A stretch of DNA of 20,000 nt, from the NCBI GenBank assembly GCA_046331705.1, contig JAXLQJ010000039.1, positions 51,265-71,264 on the forward strand. Reading direction: 5' to 3'. Under the pieces are notes generated by a model. That model did no database searches. It worked only from the letters and a program-made list of their open reading frames with translations, and was not told the DNA's origin. Source of the stretch: a bacterium. GTDB lineage: Bacteria; JADJOY01. The translations under genes were made by a program, and so were the position numbers. The stretch's first letter is position 1; every line of letters starts with the position of its first letter. Below, piece after piece: positions 1 to 7,740 of this stretch.

Positions 1-654
1 CGCCGGCGTGAAGAGGGTGGGGTGCTGAAAGGTGACGCCGTCGAGGGCCAGACGGCGGGCCAGCGCCAGCGCGCCCTCGCCGTCGGCGTGCGGCAGCACG
101 CAGTTGAGGAGCATGCGGGTGCCGTTGCGGTGGCGTGCCGCGTATTCGAGACCGGCGCGCTCGGCTTCGCCCGTGTCGGTGCCCGCGTCGAGCGAATGCG
201 GCGAGATCAGCAGGAAGCTCGGCTTCGCCTCCAGCAAGCGGCGGCCACGCTCTCCGGCGAGTAGCAGCCCGTTGGTGTTGAGGCCGACGCGCACGCCGCG
301 CGCCCGTGCGTGGGCGACGAGCTCCGGCAGGTCGGCGCGAATCAGCGGCTCGCCGCCGGTGAGGTAGAGTCCTGCGCCGAGCCGCGCCGCTTCCTCGACG
401 ATCGCGAGGGCCTCGCCGGTGGCGAGCTCGTCGCCGCCGCCGTTGAGCGCGTCGGGCTGCAGGAAGCAGAACGCACAGTCGAGGTTGCAGCGATTGGTGA
501 TCTCCCACGTGATGGCGAGCGGCCGCGCCGCGAGGCCGCGACCGAAGCGATGCTCGAACGGCAACGTGAGCGCGCGCGCCACGGCGCGCGGCAGCGGAAC
601 GCTGCCCACGGTGGCGAGATGCGCGAGCTTCGAGACGAGCGTGCTCACGAGCAT
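1..654 (-). CDS. Radical SAM protein (MoaA/PqqE/SPASM-like N-terminal half), 3'-truncated by the window edge
   Basis: Not in the ORF track because it runs off the edge. Manual minus-strand translation from ATG 654 gives MLVSTLVSKLAH...PLAITWEITNRCNLDCAFCFLQ (CxxxCxxC)...LYLTGGEPLIRADLPELVAHARARGVRVGLNTNGLLL, with no stop down to base 1. The exact start is uncertain. Confidence 0.9.
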   Translation of the reverse strand, partial: MLVSTLVSKLAHLATVGSVPLPRAVARALTLPFEHRFGRGLAARPLAITWEITNRCNLDCAFCFLQPDALNGGGDELATGEALAIVEEAARLGAGLYLTGGEPLIRADLPELVAHARARGVRVGLNTNGLLLAGERGRRLLEAKPSFLLISPHSLDAGTDTGEAERAGLEYAARHRNGTRMLLNCVLPHADGEGALALARRLALDGVTFQHPTLFTPA

Positions 655-696
655 CGAGAGGCGGCCACCCGCGCGATCGGGGCGGCCCGGCACCAC

Positions 697-2838
697 ATGG
701 ACGTGACGCGCGTGACGCGAGGGGGAAAGGTCGCGCGAGTCTACCACGCTGCCCTCGCGTGCCTGCTCGCGCTGGCGGCGATCGCGGGTTGCCTCGCGGG
801 TGGGCGGCGGGGCGCGCCGCCGCTTCGGATCGCGTCGTGGCGGCTCGGCGCGGACGCGGCGAGCGAGGCGCAGGCCGAGCGGGTGGCGGCGGTCGACCCC
901 GCGCGCGGCGTGATTCGCGATCCCGATGCGATCCTCGCGCGCGACGATCGGTGGGCGGTGCTCGAGGCTCCCGCGCGCTCCGAAGGCCCGGATCCGTGGG
1001 CGTCGGCGCCGCAGCTGGTGGTCGACTTCGGTCGCGAGGTGGTGCGCCAGGCGGCGCTTCGCATTCGGCCCGGCTCGGTGGGGCGCATCGAGGTCGCGCT
1101 CGGCGAGTCGCGTGGTGAGCTGGACTCGACTCGCGACGGCGAGGAGTTCCCGCGCCGATTCGAGCTGGATGCGGCGGACGGCGAGTGGTGGTCCGCGCCG
1201 GTGACGGGCTTTCGCTTCGCGCGGGTGCGGGTGCGGCGCAGCGACGAACGGCCCGCGCGGGTCGAGATCGACGTGCTGCGCGGCACGGGCGGTGGTCAGG
1301 CGGCGCTCGCGGCGCCGCCGGCGGGCGAGTTCACGTGCTCCGACTCGGGCCTCGACCGTTCCTGGCAGGCGGGCGCCGAGACGGCGCGGCTCTGCCTCTC
1401 GGCGGACGCCGAGCCGCTGCTCCTGGACGGCGCCAAGCGCGACCGCGCGGTGTGGTCGGCCGACGTGGCGATCGCCGCGCGCGCTCTCTATGCCTCGAGC
1501 GACGACGTGACGCCGGTGGCGCGCTCGCTCGAGCGGCTCGCCGAGCTGCGCGGCGACGAGCCGTCGAGCGCGCAGCCGGTGGCCGCCACCGACCACCGCG
1601 GCGGGCGATTGGAGCTGGTCGAGTACGGCGGCTGGTGGCTGATCGCGGTGCGCGATTACTGGCGCGAGACCGGCGACGACGACTTCGTGCGGCGGCTCTT
1701 CGCCAAGATCGCCGCTCAGGCCGCGTGGACGCTGGGGCGCGTGGAGGCCGACGGCTTCGTCCACAAGCGCGCCGACGAGCTCGAGTGGTGCTACTCGTTG
1801 CACCGCGTCGGGGCGCTGGCGTACGTGAACGCGGTGCTGAGCGACGGGCTCGCCGCCGCCGCCGAGCTCGGACGCGCGGTGGGCGAGAGGGAGTGCGCGG
1901 CGGAGTGGGAGCTTGCCGCGATCCGGATGCGCGGCGCGGTGCTGGCGCGGCTGTGGGATCCGGTGGGTGGCCGCTTCGCCACCTCGACCGACGACGACGG
2001 ACGATTCTCCCTGGACGCCAACGTGCTGCCGCTCTGGCTCGATTGGCTGCCCGAGGACGATGGCGACCGTGTGCTCGCCGCGATCGAGCGCAGGCTCTGG
2101 CTCCCGTGGGGGCCGGTCAACGTCGATCGCCCGCATGCGCGCGCCGACGGCCCCGAGCACGACGGCCGGGTATGGCCGTTTCTCGCGTATTTCGAGGCGG
2201 ACGCGCGGCTTCGCCCCGGCCGCGACTCCGCCGCCGGCTTCGAGCTGCTGCGCCGCACCTGGGGCCACATGCTCGCTCACGAGCCGGGCAACACGTTCTG
2301 GGAGTGGATCGGGCCGGACGGCAATCCCGAGATCGCGCGCGCCAGCCTGGCGCACGCGTGGTCCGCGGGCGTGACCACGGTGCTCAGCGAGCGGGTCCTC
2401 GGCATCCGCGCGGTGGCGCCGCGCACGTTCGAGGTGGCGCCGGTGGTCGGTTCGCTCACCCAAGGCGCGGGCGTGCGGCCAACGACGTGGGGACCGATTC
2501 GCGCGAGCTTCCGCCACGAGCCGCGGACCGGTCGTCTGGATCTGGTCGTCGAGATGCCCGCCGCGACGAGCGTCTCGCGGTTCCTCTTGCCGGCCCGGGA
2601 AGGATCGCGGGTGCGCCTCGGTGGACGCGAGCTGGGCGTGGCCACGGAAACCAGCCGGGCCGTCGAGTTGCCCGTGGTCGTCGAGCGCAAGCGCGGCTAC
2701 GTCGTGGTCGAAGCCCCGCCGTCGCTCGAGTACCGCTTCGAGGTGCGCGCGGCGGCGGGCGCCCCGCCGGCCAGGCCCGATCCCGCATCCGCGCCCGAGC
2801 TCGAGGCGCGACGAAACGCGCGACGACAACTAGGTTGA
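697..2838 (+). CDS. Putative lipoprotein glycoside hydrolase, GH78 alpha-L-rhamnosidase-like (alpha/alpha)6 domain
   Basis: Motifs GFRFARV, LLDGAKRDRAVWSAD, NTFWEW and SLAHAWSAG, plus a C-terminal PTTWGPI beta domain. Signal peptide with lipobox (LLALAAIAG-C, Cys at 790). The true start is ATG 697 or GTG 703/712; the 310-696 extension in the track is the antisense shadow of the minus-strand radical SAM gene. Confidence 0.8.
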   Translation: MDVTRVTRGGKVARVYHAALACLLALAAIAGCLAGGRRGAPPLRIASWRLGADAASEAQAERVAAVDPARGVIRDPDAILARDDRWAVLEAPARSEGPDPWASAPQLVVDFGREVVRQAALRIRPGSVGRIEVALGESRGELDSTRDGEEFPRRFELDAADGEWWSAPVTGFRFARVRVRRSDERPARVEIDVLRGTGGGQAALAAPPAGEFTCSDSGLDRSWQAGAETARLCLSADAEPLLLDGAKRDRAVWSADVAIAARALYASSDDVTPVARSLERLAELRGDEPSSAQPVAATDHRGGRLELVEYGGWWLIAVRDYWRETGDDDFVRRLFAKIAAQAAWTLGRVEADGFVHKRADELEWCYSLHRVGALAYVNAVLSDGLAAAAELGRAVGERECAAEWELAAIRMRGAVLARLWDPVGGRFATSTDDDGRFSLDANVLPLWLDWLPEDDGDRVLAAIERRLWLPWGPVNVDRPHARADGPEHDGRVWPFLAYFEADARLRPGRDSAAGFELLRRTWGHMLAHEPGNTFWEWIGPDGNPEIARASLAHAWSAGVTTVLSERVLGIRAVAPRTFEVAPVVGSLTQGAGVRPTTWGPIRASFRHEPRTGRLDLVVEMPAATSVSRFLLPAREGSRVRLGGRELGVATETSRAVELPVVVERKRGYVVVEAPPSLEYRFEVRAAAGAPPARPDPASAPELEARRNARRQLG

Positions 2839-2873
2839 GCGTCTCCCCGTCGCACGCCGCGAACGATTGGCCG

Positions 2874-4253
2874 ATGCCGAAGCCGAAGATCCGCCGGGTG
2901 TTGCTGCTCAACCCGCCCGGTGCGCGGCGTTATCTGCGCGACGTCTACTGCAGTCACAGCTCGAAGGGGACGTACCTCTATCACCCGCTCGATCTCGTGG
3001 CGCAGGCGGCGATGCTGGGGCCGCGCTTCGAGCTCTTCTTCCTGGACGCGATCGCCGAGCGCCTCGGCGTCGAGGAAGCGCGCGATCGAATCCTGGCCGT
3101 GGCGCCGGATGCGATCGTGTTCCTGTCGGGCGCGGTGTCGTACGCCGAGGACGTGGCGTTCCTTGCCGACCTCAAGCGCCGCGATCCGGCGCTCACGCTG
3201 GTGGGCATGGGCGACGTGTTCCTGTGGGAGGCCGAGCGCTTCCTGGCCACCCATCCGTGGATCGATGCCGCGCTGCCGGATTTCGTGAGCGCCGCGCTGG
3301 CGCCGGCGCTCCTCGAGGGCACGGCGCGTGGCGTGATCGGCACGGATCCTTTCGCCCGCGGCGCCGGCAAGTCGTTCGCGTACGGGGCTCCGCCGTACGA
3401 TCTCTTGCCGATGGACGCCTACCGATTGCCGTTCGGCAAGCCCGAGCGATTCGGTTCGTTGCTCACGAGCTTCGGGTGCCCGTTTCACTGCACGTACTGC
3501 AACACGGCGGAGATGCCGTACCGTCTCCGCGACCTCGACGGCGTCTTCGAGGAGCTCGCGTATCTGCGTGCGCGCGGGGTGCGGAAGATCTACGTCCGCG
3601 ATCCCACGTTCGCGCTCAACCCCCGCTACACGAAGGCCTTGCTCGATCGCTTGATCGACGAGCGCTGGGACATCGCGTGGAATTGCTTCCTGCGCGCCGA
3701 CCGCGTCGATGCGCCGCTGCTGGCGCGAATGAAGCAGGCGGGCTGCTACCTGGTGATGTTCGGCATCGAGACCGCGAGCGACGAGCTCAACGCACGCTCG
3801 CGCAAGGACATCACGGTGGCGGAGATTCGCGCCGGCGTCGCGGCGGCCAAGGCCGCTGGCCTCGAGGTGCTCGGGACGTTCGTCCTCGGCATGCCGGGCG
3901 AGACGCGGCGCACCGCCGAGGAGACCATCGATCTCGCCACCGAGCTCGACCTCGACTACGCGTCGTTCAACGTCGCCACGCCGCGCATCGGCTCCCAGCT
4001 GCGCGATCAGCTGGCCCTCGGCAGCGTGCTGGACTCCGGCGCCGAGGGAATGGACGGGTCGAACCAGATCCCGCGGCTGGGCGACGAGGTGCTCACGCCC
4101 GAGCAGGTGTGGCGTCTTCGCAATCGCGCGGTGTGGAGCTTCTACGGCCGGCCGAGCTACCTCGCCCGGCGTGCCCGCGAGGCGCTGCGCGACGGCGGCC
4201 TCGTGATCGGCGCCCGCAACGCCTTGAGCCTGTTCGGCTCGGCGTTGCGCTGA
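2874..4253 (+). CDS. B12-binding-domain radical SAM protein (class B / HpnJ-BchE-like architecture)
   Basis: C-terminal 459 aa of track ORF 1185..4253, starting MPKPKIRRVLLLNPPG. Motifs TSFGCPFHCTYC, YVRDPTF, MKQAGCYLVMFGIET, GTFVLGMPGET and FNVATPRIGS. Confidence 0.9.
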   Translation: MPKPKIRRVLLLNPPGARRYLRDVYCSHSSKGTYLYHPLDLVAQAAMLGPRFELFFLDAIAERLGVEEARDRILAVAPDAIVFLSGAVSYAEDVAFLADLKRRDPALTLVGMGDVFLWEAERFLATHPWIDAALPDFVSAALAPALLEGTARGVIGTDPFARGAGKSFAYGAPPYDLLPMDAYRLPFGKPERFGSLLTSFGCPFHCTYCNTAEMPYRLRDLDGVFEELAYLRARGVRKIYVRDPTFALNPRYTKALLDRLIDERWDIAWNCFLRADRVDAPLLARMKQAGCYLVMFGIETASDELNARSRKDITVAEIRAGVAAAKAAGLEVLGTFVLGMPGETRRTAEETIDLATELDLDYASFNVATPRIGSQLRDQLALGSVLDSGAEGMDGSNQIPRLGDEVLTPEQVWRLRNRAVWSFYGRPSYLARRAREALRDGGLVIGARNALSLFGSALR

Positions 4254-4285
4254 CGCGCGTGCGACCGGCACCGCGCCGGGCGGCA

Positions 4286-4783
4286 TCAGCCGAGAATGGC
4301 GAGCGCCGCGTCGATCGCGAGCTCGATGATCACCCAGCCGAGGTCGCCGGCGTCGACGGTGGGACGGGCGGACGCGATTCGCGCCACGCGCCTCGTGGTC
4401 GGGTGCAGTCGTCGCGTCGAGGGCGCGTCCGCTGCGTCGACGTTCGGCGCCGCGCCCGGCCGTAGCGGCAGCCGCGCGAGCTCGTCGCGATCGAACCACA
4501 CGAGCTGACACCGCTTGCAGAGGTCGAGCTCGAGCGGACCCTCGCCGGCGATCGGCACGTCGGCGACGCGCATCTGGGCGCGGCAGGCGGGACATCCCCG
4601 AGCGTTCGTCGGCAGCGACGCCCGCCGCCAGATCTCGACGAGTGCCGCGCCTTCGTGCCTCGAGCGCAGACCCGCGAGGGTGACGGCGACGCCCTCGCAG
4701 CGTTCGCAGCGAAACGCGAGCACCCGCCCGGCGCGTCGCTCCGCCAGCGCGATGGCGCAGGCGGGGCAGTCGAGGGGCTTCAA
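4286..4783 (-). CDS. Double zinc-ribbon (zf-TFIIB-like) protein, 165 aa, with hydrophobic C-terminus
   Basis: Four CxxC pairs (CPAC, CERC, CPAC, CKRC) and LDLCKRCQLVWFDRDEL. TTG start with GGAGG about 6 nt upstream. C-terminus WVIIELAIDAALAILG. Confidence 0.8.
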   Translation of the reverse strand: MKPLDCPACAIALAERRAGRVLAFRCERCEGVAVTLAGLRSRHEGAALVEIWRRASLPTNARGCPACRAQMRVADVPIAGEGPLELDLCKRCQLVWFDRDELARLPLRPGAAPNVDAADAPSTRRLHPTTRRVARIASARPTVDAGDLGWVIIELAIDAALAILG

Positions 4784-4815
4784 GGGCGGCCTCCGCGGCT
4801 CGCGATCCGCGCTGC

Positions 4816-5331
4816 TCAGCCGACGAAGAAGTCCGCCAGCTTGCCGAGGAGCGCGGCCGTCTTCTCCATGCCTTCGGCGGTGGCCGCGCGCTGATTCTCG
4901 TCACGGATCCGGTCGGCCCACATCGACGCCAGCGCCTGCGCGTAGGCGGCCTTGGCCTCGGGAGGAAGCTGAGCGGGCGTCGCGCTCTCGGTCCGCGGGC
5001 GCGCCGGAATGCGGTCGAGATCCCCGGGGTCGAGCCAGGCGAGCTGACAGCGCGTGCAGACGTCGACGCTCAGCTCGCCGTCGGCGAGCTCGGCGCTCGC
5101 ACGGGCGGCCGTCTGGTTGCACATCGCGCACGATCGACCCGCAGCTGCTTGGGCGGCGCGCGCCGCTCCCCACAGATGGGAGACGATCACCGTGTCGCGC
5201 TCGCGGCGCAGCAGCGAGATCGGCACGGCCGAGCCGCCGCAACCCTCGCACCGCCAGACTCGACTCTCGTGTCGCCGCTCGACGCGAAGCGAAGTGCGGC
5301 AGCACGGGCAGCGCGCGGCGGTGGACTCCAT
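4816..5331 (-). CDS. Double zinc-ribbon (zf-TFIIB-like) protein, 171 aa, paralog of 4286..4783
   Basis: C-terminal part of track ORF 4816..6540, from MESTAARCPCC. Contains CEGC, CAMC and VDVCTRCQLAWLDPGDL. The ATG overlaps the upstream TGA (TGATG), indicating translational coupling. Confidence 0.85.
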   Translation of the reverse strand: MESTAARCPCCRTSLRVERRHESRVWRCEGCGGSAVPISLLRRERDTVIVSHLWGAARAAQAAAGRSCAMCNQTAARASAELADGELSVDVCTRCQLAWLDPGDLDRIPARPRTESATPAQLPPEAKAAYAQALASMWADRIRDENQRAATAEGMEKTAALLGKLADFFVG

Positions 5332-7172
5332 CACTCCCCGAGCGCCGTGGCGAACTGGACCCCCGCCGCGAGGTGGCTCTCGGCGGCGCCCGCCACCGGC
5401 GCGAGTCGCTTGGCGGCCCGTTCTTGATCGATGCGCATCGCCTCGAAGGCGGGCATGTACTTGGCGTGGGAGACCTTGGGAGTGGTGGGGGAGACGGTCT
5501 GGCCGCGCTCGGCCATGAGCCGGAGCAGCTCGGCGGCGCGCTCGGGCGTGAGCACGGGATCCGCCTCGACACGGTGGTACTCGCGCAAGGCCAGCGTCCA
5601 CGCGCCGCGAACGCCGCCACCCGCGCCGAAGACCGGATGACGCGCGCCGGGGTTGGCGGCGGTCATGAGCGCCTCGAAGAACGTGGCGACGGCGCGGCCG
5701 GCGCGGCGCCACGCGGGCAGCTTCTTTCCGGTCGGTGGGCGCAGCGGGCGCAGCAAGAGCTGGGTTCCCACCCGCACGTAGCGCATGAGCTCGTCCCACG
5801 ACTCGATGCGGGTGAGCATCCAGAACGCGTAGCGCGGGCGCCCGTAGAAGCGGAAATACGCGCGCCGCGCGAGCCGCTCGAGCTCGGGGCGCGTGAGCTC
5901 GGTCCAGGGAGTGGGCAAGAGGTGCTCGTCGAGCGTGCCGCGCATGTACTCGCGCCAGTAGTCGATGCCGGTGCCCTCGATCACGTACTTCTGCTCGAGC
6001 TCGGTGTGCGGCTTGATGATCGCGATCTGGTACTGGGCGTATGCGAGCGGCAGCGTGAGCGAGAAGTCGATGGTCTTCTTGGCGCTCGCCATCGTGTCGC
6101 CGGGGGCGCCGACGATGAAGAAGCCGAGGCCCATGATGCCGGCCTCCTTCACGCACGCCAGCGTCCGCCGGATGTGGCTGGTGGCCTTCTGGCCCTTCTT
6201 CATCGCGGCCAGCACCTCGTCGTCGCCGGACTCGACGCCGAAGAAGATGCGCCTGCAGCCGCCTTCGGCGAGCGTCTGGATCAGCTCCTCGTCGGGCTCG
6301 CGGTCGGTGCGGTGGAACGACAGCGAGTCGACCCGCGAGCGGCACGACCAGATGACGTCGAGGTTCCGGCGCTTCACCTCGCGGGCGAACTCGAGCACGC
6401 GATCGCGGTCGTGGAGCATGAGCGGATCGAACCAGTCGATCTCGTGGATGCCCAGCGCGATGCAGTCCTCGACCTCGGCGATGAGCTGCTCGGGCGTGCG
6501 CGCATCGAATCCCGAGTTCCGCATGCAGCAGAAGGAGCACGGATATGGGCAGCCGATCTCCGACATGCCGATGGTGAAGTTCTTTCGTTGCGAGACGTGC
6601 GAGAAATAGAGGTGATTCGGGTAGATCGAACGATCCGGGATGGGGAACTCGGAGAACGGGACCTTGCGACCCGGATGCGTGCGCGTGAGCTCGCCGCGCT
6701 CGCGGTAGACCAAGTCGGCGACCTTGTCGTAGCCGTCACCACGCTCGAACGCGGGCAGGAACTCGGGCAGGAAGCTGATCGACTCGCCGGCGCACAGGAA
6801 GTCGTAGCAGCCGTGCGACATGATCTCTTCGGGATAGACCTTGGCTTCGTATCCGCCCGTGAGCGTGGGCAGGCCGGTGACTTCCTTGAAGCGCTTCGCC
6901 CACCGCACGGCGAAGCGAAAGGTCTGTGCCGCGTGCGAGGAGAACGCCACCAGGTCCGGGTTCCATTCCTGGACCTGCTTCATCACCTCTTCGACGCCCC
7001 AGCGGCGCGCCAAGCCGTCGAAGAGCTTCACCTCCCAGCCGCATTGGTTCGCGACCCGGGCGGCCCAGCCGAATCCGAGATGCGGGAACAACCCGAACTC
7101 GTCGTCCACGCTGGGCAGATTCTCGTTGAAGATCTGCGTGTGGAACGTGGGATAGACGAACGCCAGACGCAT
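5331..7172 (-). CDS. B12-binding-domain radical SAM protein with C-terminal extension, 613 aa
   Basis: N-terminal MRLAFVYP...PHLGFGWAA...PDLVAFS...GGYE...AGE domain. Motifs GCPYPCSFC, GCRRIFFGVESG and GFFIVGAPGDT. RBS AGGAG upstream of the ATG. Confidence 0.92.
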   Translation of the reverse strand: MRLAFVYPTFHTQIFNENLPSVDDEFGLFPHLGFGWAARVANQCGWEVKLFDGLARRWGVEEVMKQVQEWNPDLVAFSSHAAQTFRFAVRWAKRFKEVTGLPTLTGGYEAKVYPEEIMSHGCYDFLCAGESISFLPEFLPAFERGDGYDKVADLVYRERGELTRTHPGRKVPFSEFPIPDRSIYPNHLYFSHVSQRKNFTIGMSEIGCPYPCSFCCMRNSGFDARTPEQLIAEVEDCIALGIHEIDWFDPLMLHDRDRVLEFAREVKRRNLDVIWSCRSRVDSLSFHRTDREPDEELIQTLAEGGCRRIFFGVESGDDEVLAAMKKGQKATSHIRRTLACVKEAGIMGLGFFIVGAPGDTMASAKKTIDFSLTLPLAYAQYQIAIIKPHTELEQKYVIEGTGIDYWREYMRGTLDEHLLPTPWTELTRPELERLARRAYFRFYGRPRYAFWMLTRIESWDELMRYVRVGTQLLLRPLRPPTGKKLPAWRRAGRAVATFFEALMTAANPGARHPVFGAGGGVRGAWTLALREYHRVEADPVLTPERAAELLRLMAERGQTVSPTTPKVSHAKYMPAFEAMRIDQERAAKRLAPVAGAAESHLAAGVQFATALGE

Positions 7173-7465
7173 GACGGAACGCTCTCCTGAGGGGGCTGAC
7201 GCGACGCAAGCTCGTCGCGTTCAGCGCTCCGCGCCGCGCGAAGGATCCGAGCGGGAGGCGCGGCTGCGCCGAGCCCGATCGCTCGCGGGAATGACCACGT
7301 GGACAGGCGACCGTTCGAGCGGGGTGATGGAAGCGATCCGACCGCGAGGTGGACGTCCCACCGGGGTGTGTCGGGGCTGCCTATCGGGTTCCTGAATCAC
7401 TCGACCGTCGCGCTGGGTTTCGCACGCTCGAGGTCCGCGCGGGGGACGTGCGCGCACCCGAGCGC

Positions 7466-7495
7466 ACGGTACCACGCGATTTTCGAGAGGGTCAA
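7466..7495 (-). promoter_or_regulatory. Putative sigma70-type promoter for the leftward operon
   Basis: Minus strand TTGACC (7495-7490), 18-nt spacer ending TGG, then TACCGT (7471-7466), giving an extended -10 TGn. Confidence 0.55.
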
Positions 7496-7520
7496 ACCAA
7501 CGAAGACACCAACGAAGACA
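7496..7520. repeat. Perfect 12-bp tandem direct repeat ACCAACGAAGAC x2
   Basis: Copies at 7496-7507 and 7508-7519, directly abutting the leftward -35 element. Confidence 0.9.
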
Positions 7521-7663
7521 TCGGACCGTCGCCCTGTCGCGCGTGCCGCCGACATGCCGGAACGACCACGTTGCGCGTGCTCCGCGTCCTTCCGTCGCCG
7601 CGCGGCTGGGCTCGCGAGCGAGGCTCGCACCCGCGGCGCGCCAGCGCGCGGGGGCCGAATTCC

Positions 7664-7693
7664 TTGACGGCGCGAGAGGTGGGTTCGTACGTT
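7664..7693 (+). promoter_or_regulatory. Putative sigma70-type promoter for the rightward operon
   Basis: TTGACG (7664-7669), N18, TACGTT (7688-7693), about 47 nt upstream of ATG 7741. Confidence 0.6.
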
Positions 7694-7740
7694 AGCCGGC
7701 GTTCTCACCCCCCACGAGAACCCGTCAGCCCATCGCCACG

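Noticed and set aside
310-696. N-terminal 129 aa of the 842-aa track ORF
   Set aside because: It is the antisense shadow of the minus-strand radical SAM gene; the signal peptide starts only after 697.
4265-4279. Hairpin CCGGC-ACCGC-GCCGG between convergent genes as a terminator
   Set aside because: Only a 5-bp stem and no U-tract on either strand.
4784-4818. TGA readthrough (Sec) fusing the two zinc-ribbon genes
   Set aside because: The genes are in different frames and the second has its own GGAGG RBS.
1185-7190. Very long alternative-frame ORFs (1185..2873 extension, 2697..4904, 2867..4465, 4515..7190, 5332..6540 extension)
   Set aside because: Arg/Ala/Gly/Pro-rich shadow frames expected at this GC content. 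They have no motifs and overlap well-supported genes. The same applies to similar ORFs across the window.
7173-7465. Cobalamin, SAM or c-di-GMP riboswitch
   Set aside because: Consensus elements (B12 box, SAM-I core, GEMM motif) were not found by eye on either strand; kept only as an unassigned leader.
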